A stretch of 64,000 bases of DNA from Schizochytrium sp. TIO01 (Eukaryota; Protista; Bigyra: Labyrinthulomycetes), in the NCBI GenBank assembly GCA_004764695.1, contig SMSO01000014.1, positions 1,979,648 to 2,043,647 on the forward strand, written 5' to 3'. The notes beneath the pieces are model-generated. The model saw only the letters and a list, made by a program, of their open reading frames with translations, did no database searches and had not been told where the DNA came from. Position numbers and translations under genes: made by a program. Positions 36,667 to 49,513 of this stretch are shown piece by piece; the first letter of the stretch is position 1; each line of letters starts with the position of its first letter.

Positions 36667-37719
36667 CTAATTGTAAGACATGAGTGTTTCACCGCGGGTG
36701 TCAAGACCTACATAAATGAGTTTTCCAGACGAAGCCAGGAACGTGGTTTGTGCGTAATCTTCGTGCGGTGAGATGGCTACAACGCGAGCATTTTTGTGAG
36801 TGATAAATTCAAGGTGCCGGGGTGCCCAAACAACATCAGGAGCATCAACACCAAGGCCGAGCAAGTTGAAACGGTTGTTTCCCCAAGCGAAAACATCTCC
36901 AGTGGTGGTCATAACAAAGGTCGACGCACGTCCACAAACAACTCCTCGAGCAGGAGGGAGATCATCGGAGGGTGGAACAAAGCTCGCTGAGCGTTGTACG
37001 GTCCAAGGGAGGCCTAGCTGACCAGTTTGATTGTTTCCTGCAGAGAGAACCTCGCCGGAGCGAAGTACTATGCTCGTGTGGTAAAAACCTGTGGAAGCCT
37101 CCACAACGTCTAGCCCAGGGACGCGAATAAGGTCTTTGACAAATGCACGACGACCGCCGGCTCCAGGGATGCCGAGTTGACCCTCCGCATTGTCACCCTG
37201 TACGTACAATGTACCGTCATCCATAAGCACAGCAGCATGATTACGTCCGAAACAGACTGTCTTGACTTTGCAATTTTTGCGGCTGCCAGGAATCAGGCGC
37301 GAGATCTGTGTGCGCCGAAGGCTCACGTGACGCGTCTCCTCGAAGAGCGTCTCTTGGGTGGGTTCTTCAGGCGAGTCCTTCTGCACGAACTTTTTGCCTT
37401 TCACACAGACCTCACGAACCCTCTCAAGGGGGAATACATGGCGTCGGAATTCGTCAGGGCAGTTTTGCATCTTGCGAAGGCAGTCGGCAGCATCAAAGAC
37501 GTCATGGTAGCGAAGTAGGTCCAAGCAGGTTTCATTGGATTGCAAGGAGTCCTCGATGGCATCAGTGGCCAGTCCGCAGCGCTCCCGCGCCAGAACCGTA
37601 AGGCCATACTTTAGCCCTTCACGCATGCGTTTTGATGTACATGCGAGCGCCTCGAGGTCTCTGGCACGGAGAAACCCGCCAATGTCAAGCGCCAATGTGC
37701 CCAATGGAAGATCCTCCAT
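36667..37719 (-). CDS. F-box + RCC1-repeat protein (putative SCF substrate adaptor)
   Basis: N-terminal F-box-like segment EDLPLGTLALDIGGFLRARDLEALACTSKRMR. RCC1 repeats are VCFGRNHAAVLMDDGTLYVQGDNAEGQLG, ASTGFYHTSIVLRSGEVLSAGNNQTGQLG, VVCGRASTFVMTTTGDVFAWGNNRFNLLG and a partial fourth. Confidence 0.85.
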   Translation of the reverse strand: MEDLPLGTLALDIGGFLRARDLEALACTSKRMREGLKYGLTVLARERCGLATDAIEDSLQSNETCLDLLRYHDVFDAADCLRKMQNCPDEFRRHVFPLERVREVCVKGKKFVQKDSPEEPTQETLFEETRHVSLRRTQISRLIPGSRKNCKVKTVCFGRNHAAVLMDDGTLYVQGDNAEGQLGIPGAGGRRAFVKDLIRVPGLDVVEASTGFYHTSIVLRSGEVLSAGNNQTGQLGLPWTVQRSASFVPPSDDLPPARGVVCGRASTFVMTTTGDVFAWGNNRFNLLGLGVDAPDVVWAPRHLEFITHKNARVVAISPHEDYAQTTFLASSGKLIYVGLDTRGETLMSYN

Positions 37720-39389
37720 GGTTCTTAGATGGTGTTGCTAGTTTGGATCTTGGGCAGCTTGGCGCGCTCACCCCTGTAATACCTATAAGAGTACCTATAT
37801 CAATCTTAACACTCAGAACCCAAGCCAGGCTCTAAGCACCCCAGGTTATGCAGAAACTCGCTAGGACGTCACGCGAGAGACTGCTGTGCTGCTCACCCAA
37901 CGCTAGATTGATACTTGCCTCCTCCTCAATGCTCTTGTGTCGCCTGTTTTTGCCGTGGCAGTCGGGGTTCTTGCTGGTCAAACTCACACACGGTGAGTCC
38001 TATTAGTAAATGGCAGGGCTTGTTCACTTCCTCGCCAGTCCCGCGTGAGCTGCAGAAAGGCCTGCACGCACGACAATATTCGTGAGAGTCAACAAGGGGA
38101 AGCTGTCTGACTCCCGGTAAGAGTTTTGCACAAGTGGGTGTGAGCTCTTGCGAGTTCTGTAGCGAAGCCTCAGGCTGGTTTGCAGTTTGCAGTTTGCTCG
38201 AGGCGGGCAGTCCGCTGGCCACAACGCTTCTTCTTTTCATTTTCATTTTACTTTCTTTTTACTTTTCCTTCAAATATTTTTCTTTACTTTGTTTTTCAAT
38301 CAGTATGAGTTGAAACCAAAAAGTGATATTTTTTATTTATTTTTTTCAATTTATTTTTTTCAATCTTTTCCAATGAGAAATTTGTAGTTAACAGCGACTC
38401 CTACATAAAAGCATAGCCGGATCTATTATACGCACAAGGAAGAGAAAATCTGCAATTGTTTTATTCAGTCGGTGAAAAGTCTTTTCTTGCTTCCCCGTTT
38501 TCTTTCCCATGAGACTGCTCTGTTCTGCTACGTTTTCCATTTCTTCATGCAGAAGGTGCTCCAGAATCGCAGCAGTTCATGACCTTCTTCACTATTTGCG
38601 ACAGTCAAATTTGTTTGCAATGCAGATCGATGCGTTTCGCTGTTCTGGCCTCCAATTTCTGCATTGCAGATGCTTTCGGATACCATTTCGCAGCGATGGT
38701 GACGCAACTTATTCGCTTCTCCGCAACCAGCATGAACGAATAAACACCCAAAAACGTCGAAGGGACCATCAAAAGCATTAAATTAAAAAACAAAAAAAAC
38801 AATTAAAAAACAATGCTAGGCGCCACCTAACGCCTACTCTACCACGGACCACATCACTCACCGTGGAGCAGTGCTTTATTTAGAACAGCCACGGCAACGC
38901 TGAGTAAGTAAGGCTCTTCAAGAGCACAAGAGCGTCATCGCCGTCCTCTGCCAACAAGCCCCACCGCCACAACTTTCACCATCGTTGTCACCACTGCTGA
39001 TATCATCATCATCGTTATCCTCCTCCTCATCGTCGTCGTCGTCATCATCACCACCAACAATACCTCACTTGAGCTCTAAATTAACCTTTCCATACTCACT
39101 GCTAGCCATTCACCTAGCCACCTGCTACTGCTGCTGCTGCTGCATAGTCCCTGCATCCATCCATCCATCCACTCTTCGATGCATAATCCTGAGCTCTCGC
39201 GTATTCGTAGGCTATACAGTCCATGCACTCTCGAAAGCGGTGGAAATGATTGATGCAAGGTAAGGAACCCTCTGCGGAAAGGCGAGTGAGCGAGTGAATG
39301 CGAGTTCTCGTCTCCTCGATAGCCTCCTTCCTTCGGTTCTGAGCCCACAGATGGTGAGCAATGAAAGAAACTTAAAGGAAATCTGAAAG

Positions 39390-39401
39390 AATGAAAGAAT
39401 G

Positions 39402-39440
<39 letters not shown>

Positions 39441-39452
39441 AGAAAGAAAGAA
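39390..39452 (+). repeat. (GAAA)n/(GA)n purine-rich microsatellite
   Basis: gaaagaaagaaagaaagaaagaaagagagagagagagaga. Confidence 0.9.
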
Positions 39453-40667
39453 ACTCTTTTTCAGAGGCGAGAGAGAAGAAAAGTCTTCTCCGCCCCTTCT
39501 TTCTCCGGTTCTTCGGTTCTTGGCCTTTTTCCCCTTCTTCCTTCTTCGCCTCTCTTTCAATTTCAGTTTTAAACGAAATAATTGATTGAAATTAGTCAAT
39601 AACTGTAGGAAAAAAGGCCATCGAAAGACACTCAAAGTCCAAAGTAAAGGGAACTTAGTACCACTTCTTTCCCCCTTTGCTCTCTCCACTCTGGCCCTCC
39701 TCCGCAGCCCTAGCCTTTACCCTAAAGGCTCCCTACTCCAAAACCACCTCTCGCCGTCCATAGTTCTTTTCATCACTTCTGCCTTGAAAAACAAAATAGA
39801 AAAGCAAAATCATCACTAATAAGCAACAGTAAAAACTAAAGTTGGTCTCTGCGTCTCTTTCTTCTGAGTCAGTAAGTAAGAAATTTTAAAAGTAAATAAG
39901 TAAGTGAAGTAAGTAATGTGTGGGTCGAAGAAAGCTATCGTTATAGCTTGGTAACAAATGATACCTCGAGAAACCTCGTTCATTCTCGCGCCTCCGGAGA
40001 CTTCCTTCCTCCAGGCCTATCGGGGCCGGCGCAGACCCTCTCGTACGCGTGGAGTCGCTGGCACTCGAGCGTTTATTTCTCTCCGCAAGCAGCCCTCGCG
40101 GCTCCCCGCAAAGGGAAACGGCGCTTTGTGGTCCTGCTACGATGGTCGCGGTTCTGACTCCTTTAGGACTTTCTTTTCTTTTCCTCTTTCTTTCTTTCTC
40201 TCTTTCTTTCTCTCTTTCTGCTTTCGCCTAATCTTCAAAGTCCACGGAAACAGTAAAAGCACAGACTAGCTAGCTATACATGGCCTAAATTCAGAGGCTC
40301 AGGCGAATCTGGTAATAGCAAATGTCCGCTCACCGCACTTCTTCGCTGGTTAACGGAGGGGGATGAATAATACAACTTGGCCTGAGCTCGAGGACAAATG
40401 TGGCATACGTGCCAAATGCAGGAGAAGAGAAGCGCAGGTTCTCTCAAGTTTTTTCTTTTCTTTTCTGATCATCAAAACTCAGTTTTCCCAATTTTTAGGT
40501 TATTCTTTCTTTCTCTTGTTTCTTGTTTCTTTTTTTAATTTACATAAAACTAATTAAAAAATCAAAGAAAAGAAGGAGATATTCTCTCCTTCATATGTGT
40601 ACGTGCGTAGATAGGTACGCACATCTCTCTCACGAATAGTAAAGGAAACAAACAAAGCAATCGCCGC

Positions 40668-40668
40668 T

Positions 40669-40736
<68 letters not shown>
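40668..40736 (+). repeat. (CTTT)n microsatellite, about 17 units
   Basis: Directly visible. Confidence 0.95.
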
Positions 40737-40738
<2 letters not shown>

Positions 40739-41183
40739 TCACTGTTTCTTCAGTAGGAACCCGGTACGTACCAACTGGCGGGTGCTAGTCATCACATAGT
40801 GTAAACGCTACCATGTGCGCCTTAGGCCCCTCCCTCCTCGCACTCAGTCCGGCAGGCGCTTTTCTCGTGAGCTCTTTGCTTTGGCCTCTCGAATTAAGCT
40901 GTGAAAAAGCGGTGCGAATCGATGGCATGCATGCGCCACGCTCGCCTCGGTCATCAAGCAAGCAGTCCACCCTTGCTTGCCTCGAGTTGAGCAGTCCGGT
41001 GTATCTCGAGCGGCTTTGGTCCGCAGCGGATCGAGGCTTCTTTCTGCCTTGGCTTCTTCAGTTCTGTTCCCAAGTTTTCATCGATTTCATGCGTGAGTAC
41101 GTTTTAACTAAGTAAACTGCTGAGCGGATTTGTTATCCCTGGCAATGATTTTTTCTTCTTTTCCTTTTTTCTTCGAGTCCTGA

Positions 41184-41232
41184 TAAACAAACAAACAAAC
41201 AAACAAACAAACAAATAAACAAATAAATAAAC
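41184..41232 (+). repeat. (AAAC)n/(AAAT)n microsatellite
   Basis: Directly visible. Confidence 0.9.
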
Positions 41233-41449
41233 ATCAAACAACCAGTGAGCAAAGAATGTCTTCTGCCATGGTTATTGCGGAATTAGACTGCGCTTCGCCT
41301 TCTTTTGAGGTCGGTCCTCCGTTACAGCAAAGCAGACTCCGTTAGACGAAGCAGAGGCATTTGCAGCTAGCTCATTTGATTGGAGCGAGCTCGAGGAGAA
41401 GGAGACTCTTTAAGTCCTCGTCCGAAAGGCCTCCGATGAGGCGGCTTTG

Positions 41450-41481
41450 GACTGACTGACTGACTGACTGACTGATTGACT
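41450..41481 (+). repeat. (GACT)n microsatellite
   Basis: gactgactgactgactgactgactgattgact. Confidence 0.9.
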
Positions 41482-44287
41482 CATGAATAAGACTGAGCAC
41501 ATGTTCCATTGCTGTTTGTTATGTTTTGATGTAGAAAACAGTGTTGGAAAAGCCTCCAGGTATCAAAAAACAGTGTTGACTAAAGATCGATTATTCATTC
41601 ATTCACTCATTCATTCAAAGTTCACAATGGTTAAGTTCGCCGAAAAGAGGCGATTGAAGCGGCGCCTGCTTCGGAGGCAGGAGAGAAGCAGGAGGAGGAG
41701 ACGAGAGGCCTCAGCAGTGTTTTCGCAACTACTTCGGGACTTATATCTGATGATTATAATAGGTGGGTCTTTTCTGCAAAGCTCTTCAGTCGTACACTTC
41801 TTTTCTGGGCATCACAGAATCATAGTTTCTAAGACAAAAATGAAGTTAGTTATAATTTTAATTTAAAAACTAAAGTTTTAAAGTTATTTTTAAAAAATAT
41901 GCAAATACAGAATAAATGAAAACGAAAATCGAGGCGCAGATGGACCAGGGTCCAACCCGCCGCCTTCAGCCTCGCGTGAGCCTTTGCCACACGCTCCAAA
42001 GCGGTGGGCTTTGCCGTAGGCGGCACCCTCGCGGAGGAGAGGAGGCCGTCCCTGTGACCGGCAAGAGCTCCTCGCTCTGCCCTGCAGCGCTGCCCTGAAA
42101 CGGCGCGGCAGGTACCGCCGCCGCTCGCTCGAGCGAGGGCCTGCGCGGCGTTCTTTCATTCTCCATATTTTCTTCTATCTCTTCTTAAGCTGAGTTTTTT
42201 TTCTTTTCATTTTCAGTTTTCTTTTTCTCGTTTTCAATGGTGTTTCTTATTATCGAAATGAAGAAGAGGTTAGTTAGGTACTTCATTTTTATAAACCAGA
42301 GTTTTTCTATTCTAGGATGGTTTCCTGCGTGTCATCGACGAAGAAAAGCTCGTCAGCAAAGGCCAACTGAGCATCCGTGCCGCGCTTTTCGTTGCCACGG
42401 CAGAGAAGCTGAGTGGATATCGGCCCATAAGACGGCCTTCGCCAAGTAGACTTTCGTGCCAGATCATGGCCTCAACGATTTTTGCTTTGTTTAGGTACTG
42501 CGTTGGTAACCTACCTGTCACTTAGTCACCTCTAACTTAACGATTAGTGAGTGTAAAACCAGGAGGTACAGTCCTATACAAACCTATACCGACTTCGCTA
42601 GCCATAATACTAAGAGAAGGGAGGGGCTCAGGCAAACAGATTATTTGCAGTCGGACAGGGAGGCATCCGTTAGGTGTGTACCGCGAGAGGCTTAGCTAGC
42701 CAGGTACTTCGAGTATGGTTGAGAGAAGTGAAGAAAGCCCAAACTGCAGACGCAGACCCGACGAAGAAGTGGCTCATGAACTGCGCGGCGACTTCAAGGC
42801 GATAGATATTTATTTATATTCCAGATGGATGTGTAAATTTACTCATGCAAAATTGCAGGATAGGGGAAATCGAAGTTAGAATGTAAGAACATCATCTAGG
42901 GATAGCCGATCAGATCATATTGTCTAACAAACTGTCAAATAATTAAGGCTTCAGGTATAGGCATGTATCTGCTCTCTAAGAAGATATGGCCCAGTTTGAA
43001 GATCTTGGCGATGTGGCCTTCAAGGAGGTGGGAGGCTTTTCATCACCGAGCGGTGTTGCCCGAGTTTATGCAATAGCGAGGTCCCGAAACCTTCATGGGT
43101 GTCACATCGCGCCTTCCCTCGCACGGAGGTCTATGCTCGGATCGTCGTTGAGCTCCAAGCGCACGTGGGCAAACCTGAACTCCTTACGTTTTCGCAAAGC
43201 TCAAGATTGTAAAAGCTCAAACAACCCTTTAAAATGGCAAGGAAAATCATGATTCCCTCTTCTTGTTTCTTTTTTCCCCTGACTTTATTTGCACGGGTCA
43301 AGAAGCTGGAAGACTCGCAGAGGTGATACAATCAGACGGACCAGCAATCGTTTAGCTCGTTTCGCATCGCAGTCCACGATCGTCTGGGTCCAAAGCCGGG
43401 CTACGTAGCTCATGTTTAGAACCAAAGCTGTGAAAGAATCACCCTTGGGCATACTCATGCAACGCTACCCGTGTCAAATCATCGTTTTCTCTATTTTGCA
43501 TGACACATGCATGACCTTTAGTAATAAATCTCGCTCGCCGTCAGAAGACTTTAATCGCTTAATTTAGTTTAAAGTTTTCACAAAAAGAGAAGCTCCTTAG
43601 ATTTTAAACTACTAGCGCTACCTAGTAAGTGGGTGATAAGAATGTCACTATGCTCTGCAAGTTTTTCCTTTCTTTTTTTACCTTTTATTTTTCTTTCAAG
43701 CCACGATTGTTAGCTACCTATCTCTTCATCTTCCGTGTATGTCACAGGCCGCGTCATCGTAACCTCTAGCTATTGTAAACTATAGCAGTTGGGTTTTGTG
43801 CGCTAAGGCGGCCTTTCAATTTATCGTAGTACTTGAGACTTTTGCAGACGAAGAGAGAAACTTATTGCTCTCAAGTGAGTGAGGGTCCTGAATTGCAGAC
43901 GCTAGCAACGGCCCAAGCGCAGGGTCGTGGCCACGAATCGGCTCAGGTGCAAGGCCTCCTTCGATGCCGCAAGGAGCTTCTGCGCCAATGCAACCACAGA
44001 TCGATCGCCACGCGCAGCGAAGGACGTGTCGTGAAGTGGCCCGGAGCTTCTGAGGGTGGTGGAAAAGAGAAAAAAGAGTGATTAGTTAGAAAATTGAGAA
44101 AAACACTTTAAGTGGTAGTAGATACTTACTTACTACCTGGTGAATGAGCCATCCAATCTTCGAACTAGCTAGCTAGATGAAAAATAGTTTGATCTGCAGG
44201 CAGAACATTGAGAGCACGTGGGAAAATTCCAAACCATCCCAAGGTAACGTCGCATCGTGGCAAATAGATGGTGGAATGACATCAGTC

Positions 44288-44327
44288 GCAAGCAAGCAAG
44301 CAAGCAAGCTAGCTAGCTAGCTAGCTA
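44288..44327 (+). repeat. Compound (GCAA)n(GCTA)n microsatellite
   Basis: gcaagcaagcaagcaagcaagctagctagctagctagcta. Confidence 0.9.
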
Positions 44328-44613
44328 TCGAAAGAGTAAGAATGGAAAAGAACAGTAGGTAGTACCACTGGTTTGGTTCCTCTTCCAGCTGCTTCGAACT
44401 GGGAAGGAAGAACTTGGAATCACATTGGTGAAAATGAAATAAAAATTATTCATTGAATTTTAGCCTTAAAACAAAACAAAACAAAACAAAACTAGGCGAT
44501 CTAAAAGAAGGGAGTCATTCTAGCATCAGTGACAGCACTCGATTCGCTTGAGGAACCTCCCACTGCGTTCGTTCACGTAAACTCATCCAACTTCGAGGTC
44601 ATAATCCCTCTCT

Positions 44614-44657
44614 CCTCTCAACAGCCTCTCAACAGCCTCTCAACAGCCTCTCAACAG
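44614..44657 (+). repeat. 11-bp minisatellite CCTCTCAACAG x4
   Basis: Four perfect tandem copies followed by a degenerate cccaac. Confidence 0.92.
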
Positions 44658-47001
44658 CCCAACGAGCAACTAACTCAAAATCCCGCCAACTCCAAGTTCG
44701 TTCAAGTACCATCTCACTCACTTACTCATTAACGATCCTTACTATCGACGGCTTGCGCAACGCAAAAGGCAAATAGATCTTCACACTAGTTTTACAGCTC
44801 ACCATGCGTAAGTAAATCTGCAATCTATTCACGCGCTCGCAAGTCGGGCTTTGTGCAGCACGTACCCAGGTACCTGCGGCGCGGTTGCGAGGAGTCGCCT
44901 TGAGCTAGATTCGATAAGTTTGACTTGACTCGATTTGGTCTTGGAGATGATTTGAACGCTGTCCGAGCACGAAGTAGATACGGCCAGGAGCTTGAACGGA
45001 GTTGATCCTGCGATTCGCATGCGTCGCAGCTGCTTGAAAGTAGATGCAGCAGCAATTTTCTGATAATCGAAGAAGATGATGATGATGATAGCGACGGTCG
45101 ATCACAATGCAGGAACGAGGTGGTTGACCTGGACTAACACAGGGACGTACTCAATAACGAGCGTCCCGGGACCGTCCTCGAGCACGGCGGTGTGCAAAAC
45201 TGGGCCGGTAAAGCTCATCTCGGTGGCGTAGAAACGCGCCGTGGTACGGTTCCGGAGGATAAAAGCCACATCGCTGCAGAGACGATTAGAATGTGCGATA
45301 TTTTATTTTCGTGATCGACTGCTCATTCCCAATTTAATTCGCCTTCCACTTCGTTTTTTATTTCGCTTTTTCAAGTGCTGTGAATGGGAGAGTCAACAAA
45401 AACGAAGGTGGAAGAACTTGAGAACCACAAGATCTCGATGAAGAAAACCAATTTTGAGCGTGTTGGAGCCGCCTCAGCATACGCTCGAATTCGATCGAGT
45501 TCACGAAATAATAAACCTCAAACCGACCAGCAGAATAATCATAAACTCCCGCCAGAGTAGGCGGTCTCGAATCCTCGAACCAGGTGCTTTGTCATAATCT
45601 TCACTTGCGCCAGAAACGAGCTTCTATGATCTCCACCACACGTAGAACACCTATTTTTACGATTAGTAGGTAGGTAATGCTGGTCATGTCACATACGGAA
45701 AAGCGCTGAGTTTACTTGCACGTTGTTGAAGCCTCATAAATGAAGCGCGAGGTGGCGTCATCGAGCCCAGAACCGAGCGAGTGTATCTCAGAGAGAACCT
45801 GAACGAGGGCGAAGGGAGGTCGAATCTCAGGCTCGTCATCGTATTGAATGGGTTGTCGAAGGCCGTCGCCAACATTGCTCATATCAGCCTCGACTAATAC
45901 GTACCTACAGTGCTGTCGATGCTTCGAAAGTCCGCTGCATCACTGTTAATGTTTGTGGTAGACGGCCCTACGATGACGCCTCCACAAACTTTGTTCCTCC
46001 TCGTTTCCAAAAGAAATGGGAAAGGCTTTTGTTCTGCTTTCCATGCGCTTTTTCAATCCAAAGAAAAATCAGAATAAACTAAAAGTTGTTTTCACCTTTT
46101 GATACATGAAAGTGGGACCTTTGAAAGAAACTTTCCTTCTTCACTTTTTCATTAAACATTATTTATTCGATTGATTGTACATCATTATAAGTATATTTTA
46201 ATTTATTAAAAAAAAAACATATTATAAAAAAAAACACAAAAAAAAACATATTCTGCAAATGCTTTCTTTTACAAAAAAAAAAACGTAAAGATGGCTCCAT
46301 TTTCCGTGTCGTGGGGACGATGCTGCAGAAGATGGAGCAGGGCCGTCCTCGAAACTTAGCTAAACACCTCCAGCTCCAGAAAGCTGAGGCACCGGCATTT
46401 CGAAGCTCGAAACTTCACTCGTAATTCTCGGTAGGCAGATTGAAAGCAAGGTGAAAGGCAAATACAACGGCTACGGTGACGGAGAGCAAGACTTCCCATG
46501 GTGCCGTGGACGAAGCTCGCAATGCACGCCTCCCGGAACTGCGTTTTCTTCTCCTTCTTACCCTTTCTCATTCTGCTGTGACTTTGTAGGGGTAAAAAGA
46601 AGAGTTAATTTCTTTTAATAATATTTCTTTCTTTCTTTCTTTCTTTTTTTAAATTTAAAATGTACACGCGGGTAATTTGCTCTGTTTCAAGAAGAAGCGC
46701 GCAAAAGCTGGAGCATTCGAGGTCGTCAAATCAAGAAAGCTGAAAGGGCCTTTTGACACCAGCCATTCAAGGCACAGAGGAACCTGGTTGGCTTTCCAGG
46801 AGGCGTCAAACAAGTGCAGCGCGAAAGAAAAGCTTAAGTTAGTATGGGAGCAAGCAGGCGAGGGAAGGCCGGCGGAGAAGAAAGCGGGACAAAAACAAAA
46901 GCCTTTCTCTTAAGCTGGTTTTTACTGCTGGAAACTAAAGAAGAAGAAGAGGGTCGAATGAAACTTTTTGCAATGAACTTTACACGAATCGGGGTAAAGG
47001 T

Positions 47002-47033
47002 ACTCACTCACTCACTCACTCACTCACTCACTC
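47002..47033 (+). repeat. (ACTC)n microsatellite
   Basis: Directly visible. Confidence 0.9.
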
Positions 47034-47216
47034 GTAGATTACACCTCGAGCCTTTTATTTGGTTCATAACGTTTAAGGGTTGTATGAAAGTAGCGAGTCT
47101 TTTACTCGTCTTCTCATAAAATTAGAGTAACGAAAAGACAGCTGCGACTCCTTTCTTCCGCGAATGGACGATGACGCAGCCTCGTGCGAGTTCTGCGACT
47201 CACCAACCTTATCGCT

Positions 47217-47492
47217 ATGAACGAATGAATGATTGATTGAATGAATGAATGAATGAATGAAGGAAGGAAGGAAGGAACGAATGAATGAATGAATGAACGA
47301 ATGAGTGATTGAATGAATAAATGAATGATTGAATTAAATGAATAAATGAATGATTGAATTAAATGAATAAATGAATGCCAATCTCTCCATAATTACTCGT
47401 TGCCGCTTCAGTGTGGCGAAGATCATGATTGTACGATTCATTGCAATTGGTTGATTCATTCATTCACTCCTTGATTCATTCGTTCATTCATT
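47217..47492. repeat. (GAAT)n-derived array with a 25-bp higher-order unit, followed by an inverted degenerate (ATTC)n tract
   Basis: 47217-47377 is GAAT/GAAG/GATT-rich, with AATGAATAAATGAATGATTGAATTA x2.6 at 47312-47377. 47436-47492 is rich in attc/cattc. Confidence 0.85.
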
Positions 47493-49425
47493 GGAGAGAA
47501 TGCAATTCACTCGAACGAAGAGGAAGAAGAAGAAGAAGAAGCAAAAGTCCATCCGCGACCACCTCGGACGAATCCAAGGCTACAATAAGATGGTCTTGAA
47601 AGCATGAACGGACATGAGGAGGTCATGCGCAACGCATGGCGCGGTTTGAGAGCACGCACCTGCGCTTGAATTAGGGCAAATATGCGAATTGGCTGATTCT
47701 CCAAGAGGGAGAAGATGAACTCAAAGCAAAGGCCTCCGGGGATTCCGTGAAGGACGCGTTGGGTTGAAGAAGGAGGCCAATGCTCAAGCAAACGCAGCTG
47801 CAGGCGGGCGTCCGCAAGGCATTCTTCAAGTGTTCCCAAGTCTTCGACCTGTGATAATTGCTGGCGATCGCAAGGGCGGTTGGGTCGAGCCGCTGCGGAT
47901 TCCGCGATGCTTAACCGTCCGCTGCTTCGAACCTGAAGTAGTAGTTTACAGGCACGCGTGGAATTCGAGAGGACAGGCCCCGAGGGAGGGATGGAATTGG
48001 GCCTCGTTGGGTGACAGAAATTAGCTCAATCGAGGCCCCTCGCACAGGCAGCCTCGTTTTACTTGGTTTGGTTTCACTTGAGGGATGGATGATTTAGTTC
48101 TCAATCTTCAACGCCAAGACTTCAAGTTCTTGGGCTCCCTCCTCCATCACCTGGCATGTGCATAACAGTGCAATCAATAGGCAGACTACCTCGAGCCGAA
48201 GCTAGAAAAGATACATCGTAGATTGTCTTCGATCGTGGAAAATCGAAATGCCTCGGCTGAAGGCACTTAGCTGGTAGAGCGAAACGATCGACGGCTGAAG
48301 AGATTCGTCAGTGCCGGCATATTCCCTCCCTTCCACTTGATACTTGTACGCAGGTAGGCACGTACGCACACCAATTGGTAATGAACTGAAGGTTTGTCTA
48401 AGTCGAGCTCCTGGAATATAATGTAAAGACCCCGGCAAGGACGCTTCGGTGATGCCTGGCTGTTCTGTAACTGATCGGTGCTTTCGTAGAACGCATCTGC
48501 TGCTAGATATCTATCTATCTGCTGATTGCTCGGAAGAGTATGGAAAAGGTACCGTCGTGGATAAACAGCCCAGGAGGCTACCTGGAGTCGATCGGTTGGA
48601 GTGTTGGCGACCCGTTATTATAGTTTTGGGGTGACATGGAGAGCATCATGAAGGAATGAAAGCACAGGGCTAAATTAAGAACATAACTTGTAAGAAGTTG
48701 TGATTGATTACTGCACTTGACAATACTGACATACGTTTGTTTCTGTTCTTCACATGTTCAAGTGGGGTGGATCAGTACAGTCTGTGCGTATTGCGTGTGT
48801 ATTAAGCCTTGGCTTTTCAATATTTTATGGATTTCGGTGAAAAGGATTGTCCACTTGCCTTCAAATAATTCTCAAGGAATGGTGTCATTTATTCTGGCCA
48901 ACCAAGATAATAAACATTCACCCACAATGTATTCAAGCAACAGCACATTTCCCTTTTTCCAATGTTGAGCCCAAGTTTTTGCACCTCATGGTAGATTGAT
49001 GAGGCATCAATCTCCACAGTAATCACTCCTAGCAGGCTTATCGATCTACCTAGAGTGCCGTTGAATATCCGGATTTCCGATTCTTGGCAGCAGAGCCTCT
49101 CCGGATTTTCGATGTCCTAGGAGTTCCTGTCTACTCCTTTTAGAACCGTATTATATCCAAGTCTCTTGGCTCATGTGGGGTATAAAATGACTAGAGAAGA
49201 AGAAGATGCTGTAGAAGCGGGTCCTGATAACAATTCCTTTTTCTCAGCGAGTGCAGGCGTAGACATAAGTCACGCAAGGCGCCGCGCTCGCGGTAGCTCT
49301 GACTGATCCACGTCCACTGCAAAGGGCCCTGCAGCCTTCAAATAGCCCCTCCTATCTGGCCCAGACCTGTTTCTTTGCGGCGGTTGCGCTGTCGTGGAGA
49401 CGAGATCAGCAACGCGGAAAAAGCG

Positions 49426-49427
<2 letters not shown>

Positions 49428-49458
<31 letters not shown>

Positions 49459-49513
49459 CGATTGAGTTTTTCAAAAGAAAGAAAAAGAAGGAAAGAAAAA
49501 GAAGGAAAGAAAA
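49428..49513 (+). repeat. (GATT)n microsatellite plus a GAAAAAGAAGGAAA duplication
   Basis: Directly visible. Confidence 0.85.

Noticed and set aside
44614-44657. Direct repeats as a possible CRISPR array or telomeric repeat
   Set aside because: These are contiguous 11-bp units with no spacers, no cas genes and no telomere-like motif. It is an ordinary minisatellite.
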